Positions 30,566-41,351 of a stretch of DNA of 64,000 bases are shown here, one piece after another. The position numbers and the translations under genes were made by a program. The notes below the pieces were generated by a model. It searched no databases, had not been told where the DNA came from, and saw only the letters and a list, made by a program, of their open reading frames with translations. The DNA is from Vulcanimicrobiota bacterium (GTDB lineage: Bacteria; Vulcanimicrobiota; Vulcanimicrobiia; Vulcanimicrobiales; Vulcanimicrobiaceae): contig CAVZQC010000006.1 of assembly GCA_963777315.1 (NCBI GenBank), forward strand, positions 1-64,000. The letters are read 5' to 3'. How positions within the stretch are numbered: position 1 is the stretch's first letter; every line of letters starts with the position of its first letter.

Positions 30566-32611
30566 TTACGCCGCTCCGGCCCCTTCGGCCGGCTCGACCA
30601 CGCCTGCCGGTACGAGCGCAATCTCGGCAGGCACTTCGGCATAGCTGAAGACGCTCAGCCGCACTCCCGAGCGGGTCAAGAACTCGGCCAGCAGCGGCCG
30701 GACGGGCGTCGTGCAGAGCAGCGCCGCTTTGGCCGGCATCACGCTTTGCGCATACTGCTGCGCGCGTTCGCGTATCGTCAAGGCCAGCGCAGGGTCGATG
30801 GCTGCGCCGGGACCGGCAAACGACTCGGCCAAATGGCGCTCGAGCTGGGGGTCGAGCAATAGCGGCTCGAGCGCGTCGGTCGCGCGCCGTCGCAATTGCG
30901 CGGGAACGGCAACCCGGCGAGCGGCTTCGGCCAAATCGCGGGGATCTCGGCTCGATGCCGACGCCTCGATCATCGCTTCGAAAATTGCAACCGGATCGCG
31001 CGGCCAAATTCGTTCCCGCAGCATTAGCCCCAGCGCTTTTTGGACCGACGAGAGCGGCAGCGCATCGCTTCCGATTTCTTTGACGATCGTCGGCACGGTC
31101 GCACGCAAATGTTCCAGCAGGGTCTGCAGTTCCTGGCGCCCCAGCAGCATCGCTGCACGCGATCGCGTGACTTCGGCCAGATGCGAGCCGAGAATCGAGA
31201 TCGGATCGAATACCAGAGCGCCTTGCTCCAAAGCGTGTTCCCGCGCGGCAGGCTCGATCCACTTGGCGACAAGACCGTACACCGGTTCGAGCGTTTCCCG
31301 CCCGGAGATACGCGCGAGGACGAGCTCGTCCGCTACCGCCAGCATGCGCGCGAGATCGAGCGCGCCTTCGCCGGCGAGTTCGTCGCGGACGCGGATCGCA
31401 TACGTATCGGGATCGCGCGCCAAGTCGTCGCGCAGGCGCACGCCGGGCAGGACGATGCCGATCTCGGCGGCGAGCGCGCGGCGCACCTCTCCGACGCGAT
31501 CGAGCAGCGCATCCGACAAGGGCGGCGCGAGCAGCTGCGTCAAGTTCGAACCGAACTCGATGCTGACCGCGTCCACGCCGACCAAACCTAGCGCGAGTTC
31601 GGGGCGCCGAATCGCCTGCCGCTTTGCCGTTTCACGCTCGCGCTGCAACAGTGCAGCGTCCAACCGGTTGCGCTTTTGCGCAAAATGCGCGCCGGCGAAC
31701 GCGCACGCGCCCAAGGTAACGAACACCGGGCGCGGCAACGCCGGAACCAGGGCGAGCGCGAGCAGCAGCCCACCGGCTCCGCGCAGGATTTCCGGCCGCG
31801 CGAACAGCTGCGATGCCAGATCCGATCCCAGCGAACCGTCCGCAGTAACCCGGGTGACCATCATGCCCATTGCGGTCGACATCAAGAACGCCGGCAGCGT
31901 AGTCACCAGCGCGTTGCCGATGGACAGCAAAGCGAACGTCTGAATTGCATCGCCGGGCGACATGCCGCGATACAACGTGCCCACGGCAACGCCGCCGATC
32001 AGGTTCAACGCCACGATGATCAGCGCGGCGACGGCATCGCCTTTGACGAATTTGCCTGCGCCGTCCATCGCGCCATAAAAGTTCGCCTCTTTCTGAACCA
32101 ATTCGCGTTTAGCGCGCGCTCCTTGCGCGTCCAGCACGCCCGCGTGCACGTCGGCGTCGATCGCCATTTGCTTGCCGGGCATCGCGTCCAAAGTAAAGCG
32201 CGCCGCGACTTCGGCAACGCGCTGCGAACCGCTGGCGATGACGATGAACTGGATAGCGATCAGAATGGCGAACACGATGAGCCCGACGACCAAATTGCCG
32301 CGAACCACGAATTCGCCGAACGCCGGAATAATTGCGCCCGCGCCGCCGGGCTGCTGTCCTTGCGTGAGGATCAAACGCGTGGCCGATACGTCGAGCGAGA
32401 GCCGAAACAGCGTGGCTATGAGAAGCGCAGGCGCAAAGGCCGAAAACTCGAGCGGTTCCTCGATCGTCACGCTGAGCAGCAGCACCAGCGCCGACGTGAA
32501 GATGTTGATTCCCAGCAGCACGTCGAGCAGCACGGGCGGCAGCGGCACGATGAGAATCGCCACGATGCCTAAAAGCAATGCGGCAAACGCGTACGTCGGC
32601 AGCCGGTTCAC
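30566..32611 (-). CDS. flhA: Type III export gate protein FlhA/SctV
   Basis: RVAEVAARFTLDAMPGKQMAIDAD, FYGAMDGAGKFVKGDA. Confidence 0.92.
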   Translation of the reverse strand: MNRLPTYAFAALLLGIVAILIVPLPPVLLDVLLGINIFTSALVLLLSVTIEEPLEFSAFAPALLIATLFRLSLDVSATRLILTQGQQPGGAGAIIPAFGEFVVRGNLVVGLIVFAILIAIQFIVIASGSQRVAEVAARFTLDAMPGKQMAIDADVHAGVLDAQGARAKRELVQKEANFYGAMDGAGKFVKGDAVAALIIVALNLIGGVAVGTLYRGMSPGDAIQTFALLSIGNALVTTLPAFLMSTAMGMMVTRVTADGSLGSDLASQLFARPEILRGAGGLLLALALVPALPRPVFVTLGACAFAGAHFAQKRNRLDAALLQRERETAKRQAIRRPELALGLVGVDAVSIEFGSNLTQLLAPPLSDALLDRVGEVRRALAAEIGIVLPGVRLRDDLARDPDTYAIRVRDELAGEGALDLARMLAVADELVLARISGRETLEPVYGLVAKWIEPAAREHALEQGALVFDPISILGSHLAEVTRSRAAMLLGRQELQTLLEHLRATVPTIVKEIGSDALPLSSVQKALGLMLRERIWPRDPVAIFEAMIEASASSRDPRDLAEAARRVAVPAQLRRRATDALEPLLLDPQLERHLAESFAGPGAAIDPALALTIRERAQQYAQSVMPAKAALLCTTPVRPLLAEFLTRSGVRLSVFSYAEVPAEIALVPAGVVEPAEGAGAA

Positions 32612-33615
32612 GACGTGAGCGCTCCCGAATCGGCAAGGGCTGCGACGACTTGCGCCACGGCAACGTACGTTTCTTGGGCAATGAACTCACCGGCTTTCGA
32701 TCCCGCGTACAACGCTCGTGCCAGAGCCACGTTTTCCACAACTGGAATCCGGTATTCGGCTGCAATTTCGCGCACGCGCGCGGCAGCCTCTTCCGCAGCG
32801 CGCACGAGGACGCGCGGAACGGGCACGTCGGGCGGCCGGTACTCCAACGCTATGGCAATGTGCGTGGGGTTGGTTATGATGAAGGCTGCGTCTTTCACTC
32901 TGCGCAACGTGCCGCGCGACAGCTGAGTGTGCAGCGCGCGCCTGCGGCTGCGCGCGAGCGGATCGCCGTCCTGTTCCTTGCGATCGCGCTTGAGGTCTTC
33001 GAACGACATGCGCAAGCGTGTGCGCCAGCGTACCAACTGCAGACCGTAATCGGCGCCGGCAAAAACAGCGCCGATCGCGCATGCGACTGCCGCGGCGTGC
33101 AGCGCGCCGCTCCACGATGCCGCAGCAACGGCTCGAACGTCCGCCGAATGCAGCGCAGCGGCATACACCGCGGCAATAGCCGGAAGTATTGCCGCACCGC
33201 AGCAGGCAAACGCAATGCTCGCGCGTGCGGCAGTGACCAGCGACTCGCGCGAAAACATGCGTTTGGCGTTTTCAACCGCAGACAGCCGCTCGAGCTTGAT
33301 GCCGACCGCGCAAAACCGAAGGCCGCCGCTTTGCAGAACGCCCGCGGTTAGCGCGCCGCACGCGCCTGCCAAGGCCGGAACCAACATCAGCCACGCCACG
33401 GACGCCGCGTGCGAAGCGTCGATTCGTCCGCTCGCGCCGGCGATCAGGGCGGCCCGCGCCGCGGCGCCCATCGGCGGGACCACCGCACCAAGCGCCATGG
33501 CGGCCGCTGCAAAACAGGCCACGTTTGCGAGCTCCTGAGAGCGAGCAAAGTCGCCGTCGCGTTTGGCGCGATCGATCCGCGACTGCGTGGGCTCGAACTG
33601 CTTTTCTTGCGCCAC
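32608..33615 (-). CDS. flhB: Export switch protein FlhB/SctU
   Basis: EPT..R…A…G…RSQEL, KEQDGDP, NPTH autocleavage motif, ENVALARALY. Confidence 0.88.
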   Translation of the reverse strand: MAQEKQFEPTQSRIDRAKRDGDFARSQELANVACFAAAAMALGAVVPPMGAAARAALIAGASGRIDASHAASVAWLMLVPALAGACGALTAGVLQSGGLRFCAVGIKLERLSAVENAKRMFSRESLVTAARASIAFACCGAAILPAIAAVYAAALHSADVRAVAAASWSGALHAAAVACAIGAVFAGADYGLQLVRWRTRLRMSFEDLKRDRKEQDGDPLARSRRRALHTQLSRGTLRRVKDAAFIITNPTHIAIALEYRPPDVPVPRVLVRAAEEAAARVREIAAEYRIPVVENVALARALYAGSKAGEFIAQETYVAVAQVVAALADSGALTS

Positions 33616-33616
33616 G

Positions 33617-34336
33617 TCAATGCGCGTAGAGAAACGGAATTCGCAGCCAGGGTGTCGCACTTTGTGCGAACAGCACCGGCACGGCCGCAATCGTCCCTAT
33701 CAAAGCCATGCCGAAGACTACGGGAAACGACAGCGTGAAGCTCGCAAAGCGCGGAATCACGCGCGAGAGCGCCCCAAGCGTGCATTGCGCCACGAAAACG
33801 AGCGCTATCGCAGGCGCCGCCACCAGAAGCGCCGCCTGTAAAATGCTCGCGGGCAGGGCTACGGCATACGCGTACAGCGCGTGCGGGGAAGGAACGCCCC
33901 CCGGCGGCACGCTTTCGAAGCTGCGCGAAAACGCATACAGCACGACGCGATATCCGCCCAGCAAGAAAAAACCGGCGGTAAAAACCAGCGACCATACTCG
34001 TCCGAATCCGGACGCTGCGAAGATTTGCGCGGTTGGTACGCTGCCGCGAATGCCGACGTAATCGTCAAGCGCACGGCCGCCCGCGTAAGCACCGTCGTAC
34101 AGTACGGAAGCGGCGATGCCGATCGCAGCGCCGATCCCGGCTTCGCACGCAACTCCGGCGATGAAGGCCATGCCGTCAGGGGCGTGAACGGCCCGCACGC
34201 CGGGAGCGATGCCGATGGCGATGGTGAGCGCCAAACCCGCGCGCACGATCGGCGGCACGGACGGATGCGAAAAACCGGGAGCGCGAAACACGAAGCCTGC
34301 GCAGCGGGCGAAAACCAGCAGCGCAGTAGCGCTCAT
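33617..34336 (-). CDS. fliR: Export gate FliR/SctT
   Basis: LVFAR…APGF…VP..VR, E..IG..IG, LSRVIP…F.LSFP; located between fliQ and flhB. Confidence 0.85.
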   Translation of the reverse strand: MSATALLVFARCAGFVFRAPGFSHPSVPPIVRAGLALTIAIGIAPGVRAVHAPDGMAFIAGVACEAGIGAAIGIAASVLYDGAYAGGRALDDYVGIRGSVPTAQIFAASGFGRVWSLVFTAGFFLLGGYRVVLYAFSRSFESVPPGGVPSPHALYAYAVALPASILQAALLVAAPAIALVFVAQCTLGALSRVIPRFASFTLSFPVVFGMALIGTIAAVPVLFAQSATPWLRIPFLYAH

Positions 34337-34599
34337 TCCTGCACCAGAGCGGGAATGTGCGCGAGAACGTCCCAAAACAGCGCCGCGCACAAGTGCATGC
34401 CGAAAGAACCGAAGAGCGCGACGGCGATGCCGACTGCCAGCAGTTTGGGCAGCAGCGAAAGCGTTTGCTCTTGAACTTGCGTGGCTGCCTGCAGCACCGC
34501 AACCGCAGTGCCTACCAGTGTCGCGACGGCCAGGACCGGCAGACAGAGAATAGCCGCGATCAAAAGCGCTTCGCGCAGCAGTCCGTCGAATGCAGGCAT
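34333..34599 (-). CDS. fliQ: Export gate FliQ/SctS
   Basis: LQAATQVQEQTLSLLPK. Confidence 0.9.
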   Translation of the reverse strand: MPAFDGLLREALLIAAILCLPVLAVATLVGTAVAVLQAATQVQEQTLSLLPKLLAVGIAVALFGSFGMHLCAALFWDVLAHIPALVQE

Positions 34600-34633
34600 G
34601 CGAAGACCCTACGCGAGCGCTATTGCAGCAACG

Positions 34634-35527
34634 TTAACGCGTGATGAACGACCGCCAGGCGGTGGCCGCCAGCAGCGCGCTGACGATTGCGCGCGTAGCC
34701 GGCGATTTGTTCAAAGTGTAAAAATGAATGCCCGGAGCTCCGCGTCGCAGCAGGTCGGCGGCCTGCAAGGTCGCATATGCGACGCCCAGATCTTCTACCG
34801 CCTTGGGCTCATCGCTGCGCTCTTCCAGCGCCGCAAGCAGCTTGGGCGGGATAGCCCCGCCGCCCAGCGCGGTCATGCGCGCTATCTGCTGATAATTCGT
34901 AATCGGCATGAGCCCCGCGATAATCGGCACGGTGATCCCGGCTTGCCGCGCGCGATCGACGAACGCAAAATACTTTTCGTTGTCGAAAAAGAACTGCGAG
35001 ACCAAAAAATCCGCGCCCGCGCGAACCTTCTCCACCAGGTGCTCGAGATCGCTGCGTTCGTCGGGAGCGTCGGGGTGCTTTTCGGGAAAGCATGCCGCGC
35101 CGATGTCGAAATCGTACACGCGGCGCAGCATCGCAATGAGCTCGGCGGCGTAATGGAACCCGTTCTCGACCGGAACGAACGTTGCACTGCCGCGCGGCGG
35201 ATCGCCTCGCAGCGCCATGACGTTTTCAATACCGGCCGCTTCGAGTTCGTTGAAGATGTTGCGCAGGTCGGCTCGGGTGCTGCCCACGCACGTTACGTGC
35301 GCCATCGGGGTGAGCCCGATCTCATTGCGAATCTGCTTGCACACTTCCAACGTCCGCGCGCGCGTCGATCCGCCGGCGCCCCAGGTGACCGATACGAACG
35401 CCGGCCGCAACGGCCGAAGCGCGTCGATGGTTTCGAGCAGATGCGCGTGCGCCGTTTCGTCCTTGGGCGGAAAGAATTCGAATGAAAAGAACGGCCGCTG
35501 TCTCGCGAGCGCTTGAGCGATCCGCAT
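34634..35527 (-). CDS. metF: Methylenetetrahydrofolate reductase
   Basis: SFEFFPPK, SVTWGAGG, ALRGD, SQFFFD, HFYTLN. Confidence 0.95.
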   Translation of the reverse strand: MRIAQALARQRPFFSFEFFPPKDETAHAHLLETIDALRPLRPAFVSVTWGAGGSTRARTLEVCKQIRNEIGLTPMAHVTCVGSTRADLRNIFNELEAAGIENVMALRGDPPRGSATFVPVENGFHYAAELIAMLRRVYDFDIGAACFPEKHPDAPDERSDLEHLVEKVRAGADFLVSQFFFDNEKYFAFVDRARQAGITVPIIAGLMPITNYQQIARMTALGGGAIPPKLLAALEERSDEPKAVEDLGVAYATLQAADLLRRGAPGIHFYTLNKSPATRAIVSALLAATAWRSFITR

Positions 35528-35540
35528 GACGCTCGTTTAC

Positions 35541-36197
35541 TTATCTAAAGCTCGATACGACGCCTCCGCAGACCAGCGCCCAGCCGTCGACCATGACGAA
35601 CAGCAGCAGTTTGGCCGGCAGCGAGATCACCGGCGGGCTGAGCATGAACATGCCAAGGCCCATGAGGATCGACGCGACGGCTAAATCGATAGCGACGAAA
35701 GGCAAGTACAACGCAAATCCGATTGCAAACGCGTCCCGCAGTTCGCCCACCACGAAGGCCGGAATGAGGACGACCAGCGGCGCCCGCGCGGCGGGCTCGG
35801 GCCTCCGGCGCGCCGAGCGCTCGAAAAGCGCGACGTCGGCAAGGCGCGTTTGCCGCAGCATGAATTCGCGCAGCGGTCCGGCCGCACGGTCGACGAACTG
35901 CGACTGACTGATTGCGCCTTTCGAATACGGTTCGAGCGCCTGGCTCGAGATGCGCGTGAGCGTGGGCGACATGATGACGAGCGTAAGCACCAAAGCCAGT
36001 CCGGTGAGCACGGAGTTGGGCGGCAACGCCGCCGCGCCGATGGCCGAACGCACGAGCGAAAGGACGACGACGATGCGCACGAACGACGTCGACATCACCA
36101 GAATGAACGGCGCAATCGACAGCACCGTCAGCGCCGCCAAGACGTCTAGCGGCAGCGTTCCGCGCGCGTGATTGGCAACCGTCAGCAGTGCATCCAT
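35541..36197 (-). CDS. fliP: Export gate FliP/SctR (short, no N-terminal signal extension)
   Basis: TSFVRIVVVLS..R.A, PPN, IPAF…EL..AF.IG..LYLPF..IDL, KLLLFVMVDGW. Confidence 0.9.
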   Translation of the reverse strand: MDALLTVANHARGTLPLDVLAALTVLSIAPFILVMSTSFVRIVVVLSLVRSAIGAAALPPNSVLTGLALVLTLVIMSPTLTRISSQALEPYSKGAISQSQFVDRAAGPLREFMLRQTRLADVALFERSARRRPEPAARAPLVVLIPAFVVGELRDAFAIGFALYLPFVAIDLAVASILMGLGMFMLSPPVISLPAKLLLFVMVDGWALVCGGVVSSFR

Positions 36198-36242
36198 GCC
36201 CAAACGCTACCGCGGCGATGTTGCCGCGGTATGCCGGCTGCG

Positions 36243-37523
36243 TTACACCGGATTGCCGAAGTATGGGAACGTATCGGTCACGCCGCGGCTGCCTGCATCG
36301 ACGTTGTCGCTGGTCAAGCACGGCGTAGACCTGCCGTCGGGCGGAGCGAGTCCGACTTTTTCGCCCAGCGTACCGAAGATGACGCCGAGCGAAAGATCGA
36401 TGACGGGACTGGACGGATCGCGGCCGCCGAACTGCCGGTATGGATTGCTGAGCGCCTTCTTTATTCCGCCTAGCGGGAAGTTGGGCACGGCGCGCACCAC
36501 GCCGGTGGGCAGCGCGCTCTTGCCCTTGGTCTCGACGGCAAGATATCGGGCAGGCCCGTCGGCGGCAAGATTCGCTTCCAACTCATCGGGAATGAGGACG
36601 TGCTCGACCGAACTTGCCAAGTGCGCGGAACGATGCGCGCCGTGCGGTGAAGTCATGAACGCGTAGATATCGTGCGGCAGCAGCGGATCGTTCCAGGGCG
36701 AACTGCGATTGGTGCGATCGTGCCGTTCGAACGGTTCGAACGCTTCTTTGACCGCCGGTCGCGCCAGCCGTTCGACTTGCGTCCATTCCCCGTTGCGCTG
36801 CAGCGACGTCGTCGCGTACAGGCGTATCACCCCGAGCTTACCGTTGGGCGCGGCCAACATTCGTCGAGGCAATTCCACGATGAGCGAGAGAACGTTATAG
36901 TCGCGCAAAGCGTCGACGCCCGGTTTGCGAAAGCACTTGGCCGACGGCGCAGGCACGCCGTTGCCGGCCGGCGGATGGTACTTGTAACTGCGGTCCGGAA
37001 CGATTTTCAAAAACTGCGACAGATCGAAATAGAACGGATCCTTGCGCGGGCCGGCCATTGCCAGAACGCCGTTGCGCAGATGCGCCTTTTGGCCGAGCGT
37101 AAACGTCTGCGGTGAACCGACCCAAGCCGAACGGGTTCCTATCATGGCCGGCGCGGCCGGTCCGTACATCTCGAGGCGCTGACGGCTGCCGCTGCCGATG
37201 GCGCGGAATTGAATGACTTTATCTTCGCGATAGTCGCCCGTCGTGTCTATCTTGAATTGATACATGACGCCGGGATCGAAAAATACGGTTCGAGCCATTC
37301 CGGCCGGAACGAGCGGATGAACGTCCATGGCGAGCACGACCTTGTTCGGATCGGCTGCGGGAAAAACGAAGACGTCGGTGATGTCGCCTCCAGGCCGCCC
37401 CACCGTCAGCGGCGAGTCCTGATGATCGGAGGATCGCCCTGCGCGCGGAAGATACAGCAGGACCGCCACCGCGAGCGCGACGATGGCGAGCGCGGGCAGC
37501 AATATCCGCAACAAGTGTTTCAA
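36243..37523 (-). CDS. Secreted DUF4331-like protein
   Basis: Signal peptide, SSDHQDSP…DITDVFVF, GPRKDPFYFD, QVERLARP, FPYFG; GGAGG + TTG 37523. Confidence 0.75.
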   Translation of the reverse strand: MKHLLRILLPALAIVALAVAVLLYLPRAGRSSDHQDSPLTVGRPGGDITDVFVFPAADPNKVVLAMDVHPLVPAGMARTVFFDPGVMYQFKIDTTGDYREDKVIQFRAIGSGSRQRLEMYGPAAPAMIGTRSAWVGSPQTFTLGQKAHLRNGVLAMAGPRKDPFYFDLSQFLKIVPDRSYKYHPPAGNGVPAPSAKCFRKPGVDALRDYNVLSLIVELPRRMLAAPNGKLGVIRLYATTSLQRNGEWTQVERLARPAVKEAFEPFERHDRTNRSSPWNDPLLPHDIYAFMTSPHGAHRSAHLASSVEHVLIPDELEANLAADGPARYLAVETKGKSALPTGVVRAVPNFPLGGIKKALSNPYRQFGGRDPSSPVIDLSLGVIFGTLGEKVGLAPPDGRSTPCLTSDNVDAGSRGVTDTFPYFGNPV

Positions 37524-38893
37524 GAATGGACCTCCGGCGTCGATCGTGATGAGGAAAGTTGCTGCAGAGTGAGCCGCGCAGCATCGGCGTAGTACGGATC
37601 GAAATGGGGATTCAGGGCCAGAGCTTGCGCAATGTACGTGCGAGCGCGATCGCGCCGACCGAAGTGCAGTTCGATCATGCCGGCGTGGTAGAGAATGCGG
37701 GGGTCCTGCGTGTGGTACCGTACTGCCAGCAGCATTGCCCGCCGAGCCAGATCCCAATGCCCGTCCCTGGCAGCGGCCCATGCCAGCGTATCTTGCGCAA
37801 AGATCTCGTCGCCACGGCGGCGCACTTCCCGCTGCGCGATTGCAAGCGCATCGTCGAGCCGGACGCCGTGCTCGGCATAGTACACTGAAAGAAGCCGATC
37901 GCTGATATGATACGCATTACCGATGCGTTCCACCGCAAATATCAGCAGTCTGCGTTTGCCGTGCGCCCGAGAGGTCGCCCAGCGCATGCTGGGCGTCGGA
38001 TTTGTATCCCAGCGTTTCCGGATCGGGAACGATCTCTGCGCCCTTGTCCGCAGCATCGAGCGCGCAGTTCCAATCCTTTGCCGCCCAGCAAAAGCGCGCC
38101 AGCGCGCGGTATGCCATGGCGAAATTCGGAAACTGAGCGATGGCCGTGCGTTCCTGCGCCTGCGCTTGGGCCGGATCGCCGGAGGAAAACGCCATCTCAC
38201 CGAGTCGATAGTGATACCACGCGCGCGATTGCGCCGAATTGTCGATGACCTCGTCCGAGCGCTGTGCGGCGGCGGCCATCAGCGCCCGCGCTTGGGCGAG
38301 TTTGCCGGTCAGCTCGTCGTACCGTGCTCGAGCCGCCCAAACGCCGGGATCGTCGCGAATGCGCTGCGCCGCCCCGACGTCGTGCAACGCGGCACCGTAA
38401 TGCCCCATCTCCATTTGGAGCAGCGCCATCTGCGCGGGCGCGTTGGAATCATCCGGGCGCTCGACGTGCGCGGCGGCTTCGTACGCGTATGCGGATTGAA
38501 AATCGTGAAGCGCGTAATACGCCGAAGCGATGACCTCGAGCGCGCCGCTGTTGTTTTGCGGCTGAAGACGAAGCGCGCGTTTGCCTTGGTGCAGCGCGCG
38601 CAAAATATCGCCCACGTCAAGGCTTTCGCGATACCGCTGCATATATTGCGCGGCCAGCAGCTCGCGCTGATCTGGTCCTGCGCGTCCTCGCGCACCCGGC
38701 GTTCGTAGAACGCGACCGTCTTGTCGCGGTACGAGTAGTCCGGAAGGACCGGTGCCACGTATGCGCGGGGAGCGCCGGCTCGCTGCGCGCCCAATAGCGG
38801 CCATGCGGCAATTGCGGCCAGCGCAATCACCAGAACGGCGAGCCGGTTTCGTTTTAGCCTAAAGACCGGCGCTATTGCGGCGCTCCGAGACAC
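37520..38893 (-). CDS. Tetratricopeptide-repeat protein; two frameshifts (~38665, ~37950)
   Basis: Helical TPR-like segments across three consecutive frames; C-term DTLAWA…ILYHAGMI…ALALNPHF. Confidence 0.7.
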
Positions 38894-39041
38894 ATATGCA
38901 ATGCTCCATGGCGGTGGGGATTCGCCTTACAACGCCGTGTCGCGCGCGTTGGATTGCCCTAAAAGAAAATCAATCCAAGCAAACGGGCGCAGCGTTTTAG
39001 CGCCCGAGGTTGAAAAAGGCCGTGAAGCGAACGCCCGTTCC

Positions 39042-39572
39042 GTGGAAGACGACGCGCAACTGATGCGCGAAATGGCAGCCCGCAACGTCGCGGCTTTTGA
39101 AGTATTGTACGATCGGTACCATCAGCTGGTCTACGGCATCGCGCTTCGCATGCTGGCCGATTCATCGGCCGCCGAAGATGCCACGCAATCCGTTTTTTTG
39201 AAAGTATGGAGCGCGCCGGAAGGTTTTCGCGGTGGGAACTTTGCCGCGTGGCTGGGCCGCGTCACGCGCAATGGCTGCCTGGATTCGCTGCGCGCGCGCT
39301 CGCGGCGCCCCGTTGCGCCGCTGTTCGAAATGCCTGCGGACGACCACGTCGAGGACAGTGCATTCGCTCACATCGATGCCGCGGCGATGTATGCCGCGCT
39401 CACGCAATTGCCGTCCGATCAGCGCGAACTGATCGAACTGTGCTTCTTTGGCGGGATGACGCAGCAGGCGATCGCCGAACGAACTAGTGTGCCGCTGGGC
39501 ACGGTCAAGACGCGCATACGCTCCGGACTGCATAAATTGCGCGCAGCTTTGATCGGATCGGAGCAGGCATGA
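39042..39572 (+). CDS. ECF sigma factor (SigK-like)
   Basis: AFEVLYDRY, AEDATQ.VF, region 4 IAERTSVPLGTVKTRIR; start approximate. Confidence 0.88.
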   Translation: MEDDAQLMREMAARNVAAFEVLYDRYHQLVYGIALRMLADSSAAEDATQSVFLKVWSAPEGFRGGNFAAWLGRVTRNGCLDSLRARSRRPVAPLFEMPADDHVEDSAFAHIDAAAMYAALTQLPSDQRELIELCFFGGMTQQAIAERTSVPLGTVKTRIRSGLHKLRAALIGSEQA

Positions 39573-40264
39573 ACGAGCACGAAGCCATGCTCGACGACGT
39601 TGCGATGTACGCGTTGGGGGCGCTGCCGCCCGATGACGCTCAGCGAGTGCGCGCGCATTTGGCGCAATGCGATTCCTGCCGCCAGGAGTACGAACGGCTC
39701 AAAGACGTGGCCGCCGTTTTGGCTTTGGGCGCACAAGATCCGGCGAAAGCTGCTGCGCCCAGCTCTGCGCTCAAGCGCCGCATCATCGCCGCAGCGAAGC
39801 CGCCGCAGCGCCGCGCCGCCGCTTGGCCTGCATTTGCGCTGGCGGCAGCGTGTCTGGCGCTGGCGGCGATCTTCGGCGGACTGTACGCATCGCTGCTGCA
39901 TCATTCCGGTCAGGCCGACCGGCAACTCGCGCAGCAAAACGCCGTACTGGCCGACTTGCTCGCTCCGTCGGCGCACCCCTATCGCGTCGCAGGCGGCGAA
40001 GTCGTCAGAAACGGCGACCGCATTTATATCGCCATGCGCAAGTTGCCGCCGCCGCCCAAAGGAAAAGTGTATCAGGCCTGGACGCTGCGAATCGGCGCAA
40101 CCAAAATGACGCCCTCGTCGACGTTCGTTCCCCGGAACGGTATTGCGCTGCTTCGCTTGCCGGTCAACGGCAGCGACGTCGCCGCAGTTGCCGTGAGCGC
40201 CGAACCGGCAGGTGGCAGCAAACAGCCTACCAGCAAACCCGTGTTTGTGACGAAACTGACGTAA
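39569..40264 (+). CDS. Anti-sigma factor (zinc-binding HxxxCxxC + RskA-like)
   Basis: YALGAL…HLAQCDSC, TM helix, YQAW…AVSAEP.GGS.QPT; ATGA-coupled to the sigma gene. Confidence 0.85.
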   Translation: MNEHEAMLDDVAMYALGALPPDDAQRVRAHLAQCDSCRQEYERLKDVAAVLALGAQDPAKAAAPSSALKRRIIAAAKPPQRRAAAWPAFALAAACLALAAIFGGLYASLLHHSGQADRQLAQQNAVLADLLAPSAHPYRVAGGEVVRNGDRIYIAMRKLPPPPKGKVYQAWTLRIGATKMTPSSTFVPRNGIALLRLPVNGSDVAAVAVSAEPAGGSKQPTSKPVFVTKLT

Positions 40265-40273
40265 CTGTCGTTT

Positions 40274-40558
40274 TTAGGCGGGCTTTTGAATCAGTTCGGT
40301 GACGCGTACGCCGAAATTCTCGTCGATGGCCACGACCTCGCCGCGCGCAACGAGTTTGTTGTTGACCAGCAGGTCCACCGGGCCGCCCGCAAGACGATCG
40401 AGTTCAACGATCGATCCCGTGCCCAATTTGAGGATCTCCGCCACCGGCATTTTGCACGTTCCGAGTTCCGCGGTGATCTGCAGCGGCACGTTCATGAGCA
40501 GATCGAGATTCTGGCGATCTGCCGAAGGGCTGCCGTTTTTCTTGTGTTCCGCCATCAT
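40274..40558 (-). CDS. fliN: C-ring protein FliN (SpoA domain)
   Basis: [13 protein letters not shown]…GSIVEL…[17 protein letters not shown]. Confidence 0.9.
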   Translation of the reverse strand: MMAEHKKNGSPSADRQNLDLLMNVPLQITAELGTCKMPVAEILKLGTGSIVELDRLAGGPVDLLVNNKLVARGEVVAIDENFGVRVTELIQKPA

Positions 40559-40575
40559 CGCCGTTTTCAAATCCT

Positions 40576-41351
40576 TTACGGAGCGCTGACAATCATCGCG
40601 TTGCGCTCGCCCAGACTCCACATTGGCCGCGGGCCAGGACCGCCGTCCCGAGTTTGAGCAACCCGCGTTCTCCCACTCTTGTCTTCATCGGCACGTACGT
40701 CCCCGGGCGTAAGTCCAGAACCGCTGCACCGTCGATATTTCCTCGGGCGAACTCGACCTTGACCTCCAGTTCGACGTCCATGAGGTCGCCGATTCGAATC
40801 GTGGAACCGCCGGCCGTGGGCGGCTCGGCAGAGAGCGCGACGCCAAGGCGAAGCGCTGCGGGCCGTTCGAAAAGCAATTCGAAATATGCGGCATATCCGT
40901 GAATGTCAAGAATGGGTGCGAACTCGCCGGCGTCGCGGCCGCATACCGCCGATAGACAGCCGGAAACGGCCGACAATGCGCGGGTGACCATTTCGTTCTC
41001 CAGCGGCGAGAGTGCGCGCAGGTCACCCGGCACTTCTCCGAAGAGCGCTGCAGCCAGCGCGAGCGCGTCGGCGGGGCGCAGCACGAACACGGCGTCGGCC
41101 GCCGCACCGCGCACGCCGTAAATCCGTGCGCCGGCGCAAATCGCTCGCCAAGCCGCGGGGTTCGGAATAACCGGCTCGAGCAGCCGCAGCGATACGGGCA
41201 GCCGCAGCACCGAAGCCAGCGTTTCCCGCACGCCGTTTGCAACCACGCATGCCGCGCTTACGGGAAGCGACGATCGTTGCCGGAACTCTGCACGGCGCAC
41301 TCGCCGGCCGTTGAGCACTTCGGCGTGGCACTGGAATCCCAAAACGTTCAT
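40576..41351 (-). CDS. Divergent FliM/SctQ-like C-ring protein; frameshift near 40617
   Basis: LSPLENE segment and C-terminal SpoA-like [12 protein letters not shown]…LRPG…LARG; corrected end …[12 protein letters not shown] at 40576. Confidence 0.6.

Noticed and set aside
27509..30862. 1117-aa plus-strand ORF, and other long antisense or shifted ORFs (27102-29558, 56761-58347, 30711-31943, 1157-2302)
   Set aside because: Shadow frames of real genes in high-GC DNA; no motifs
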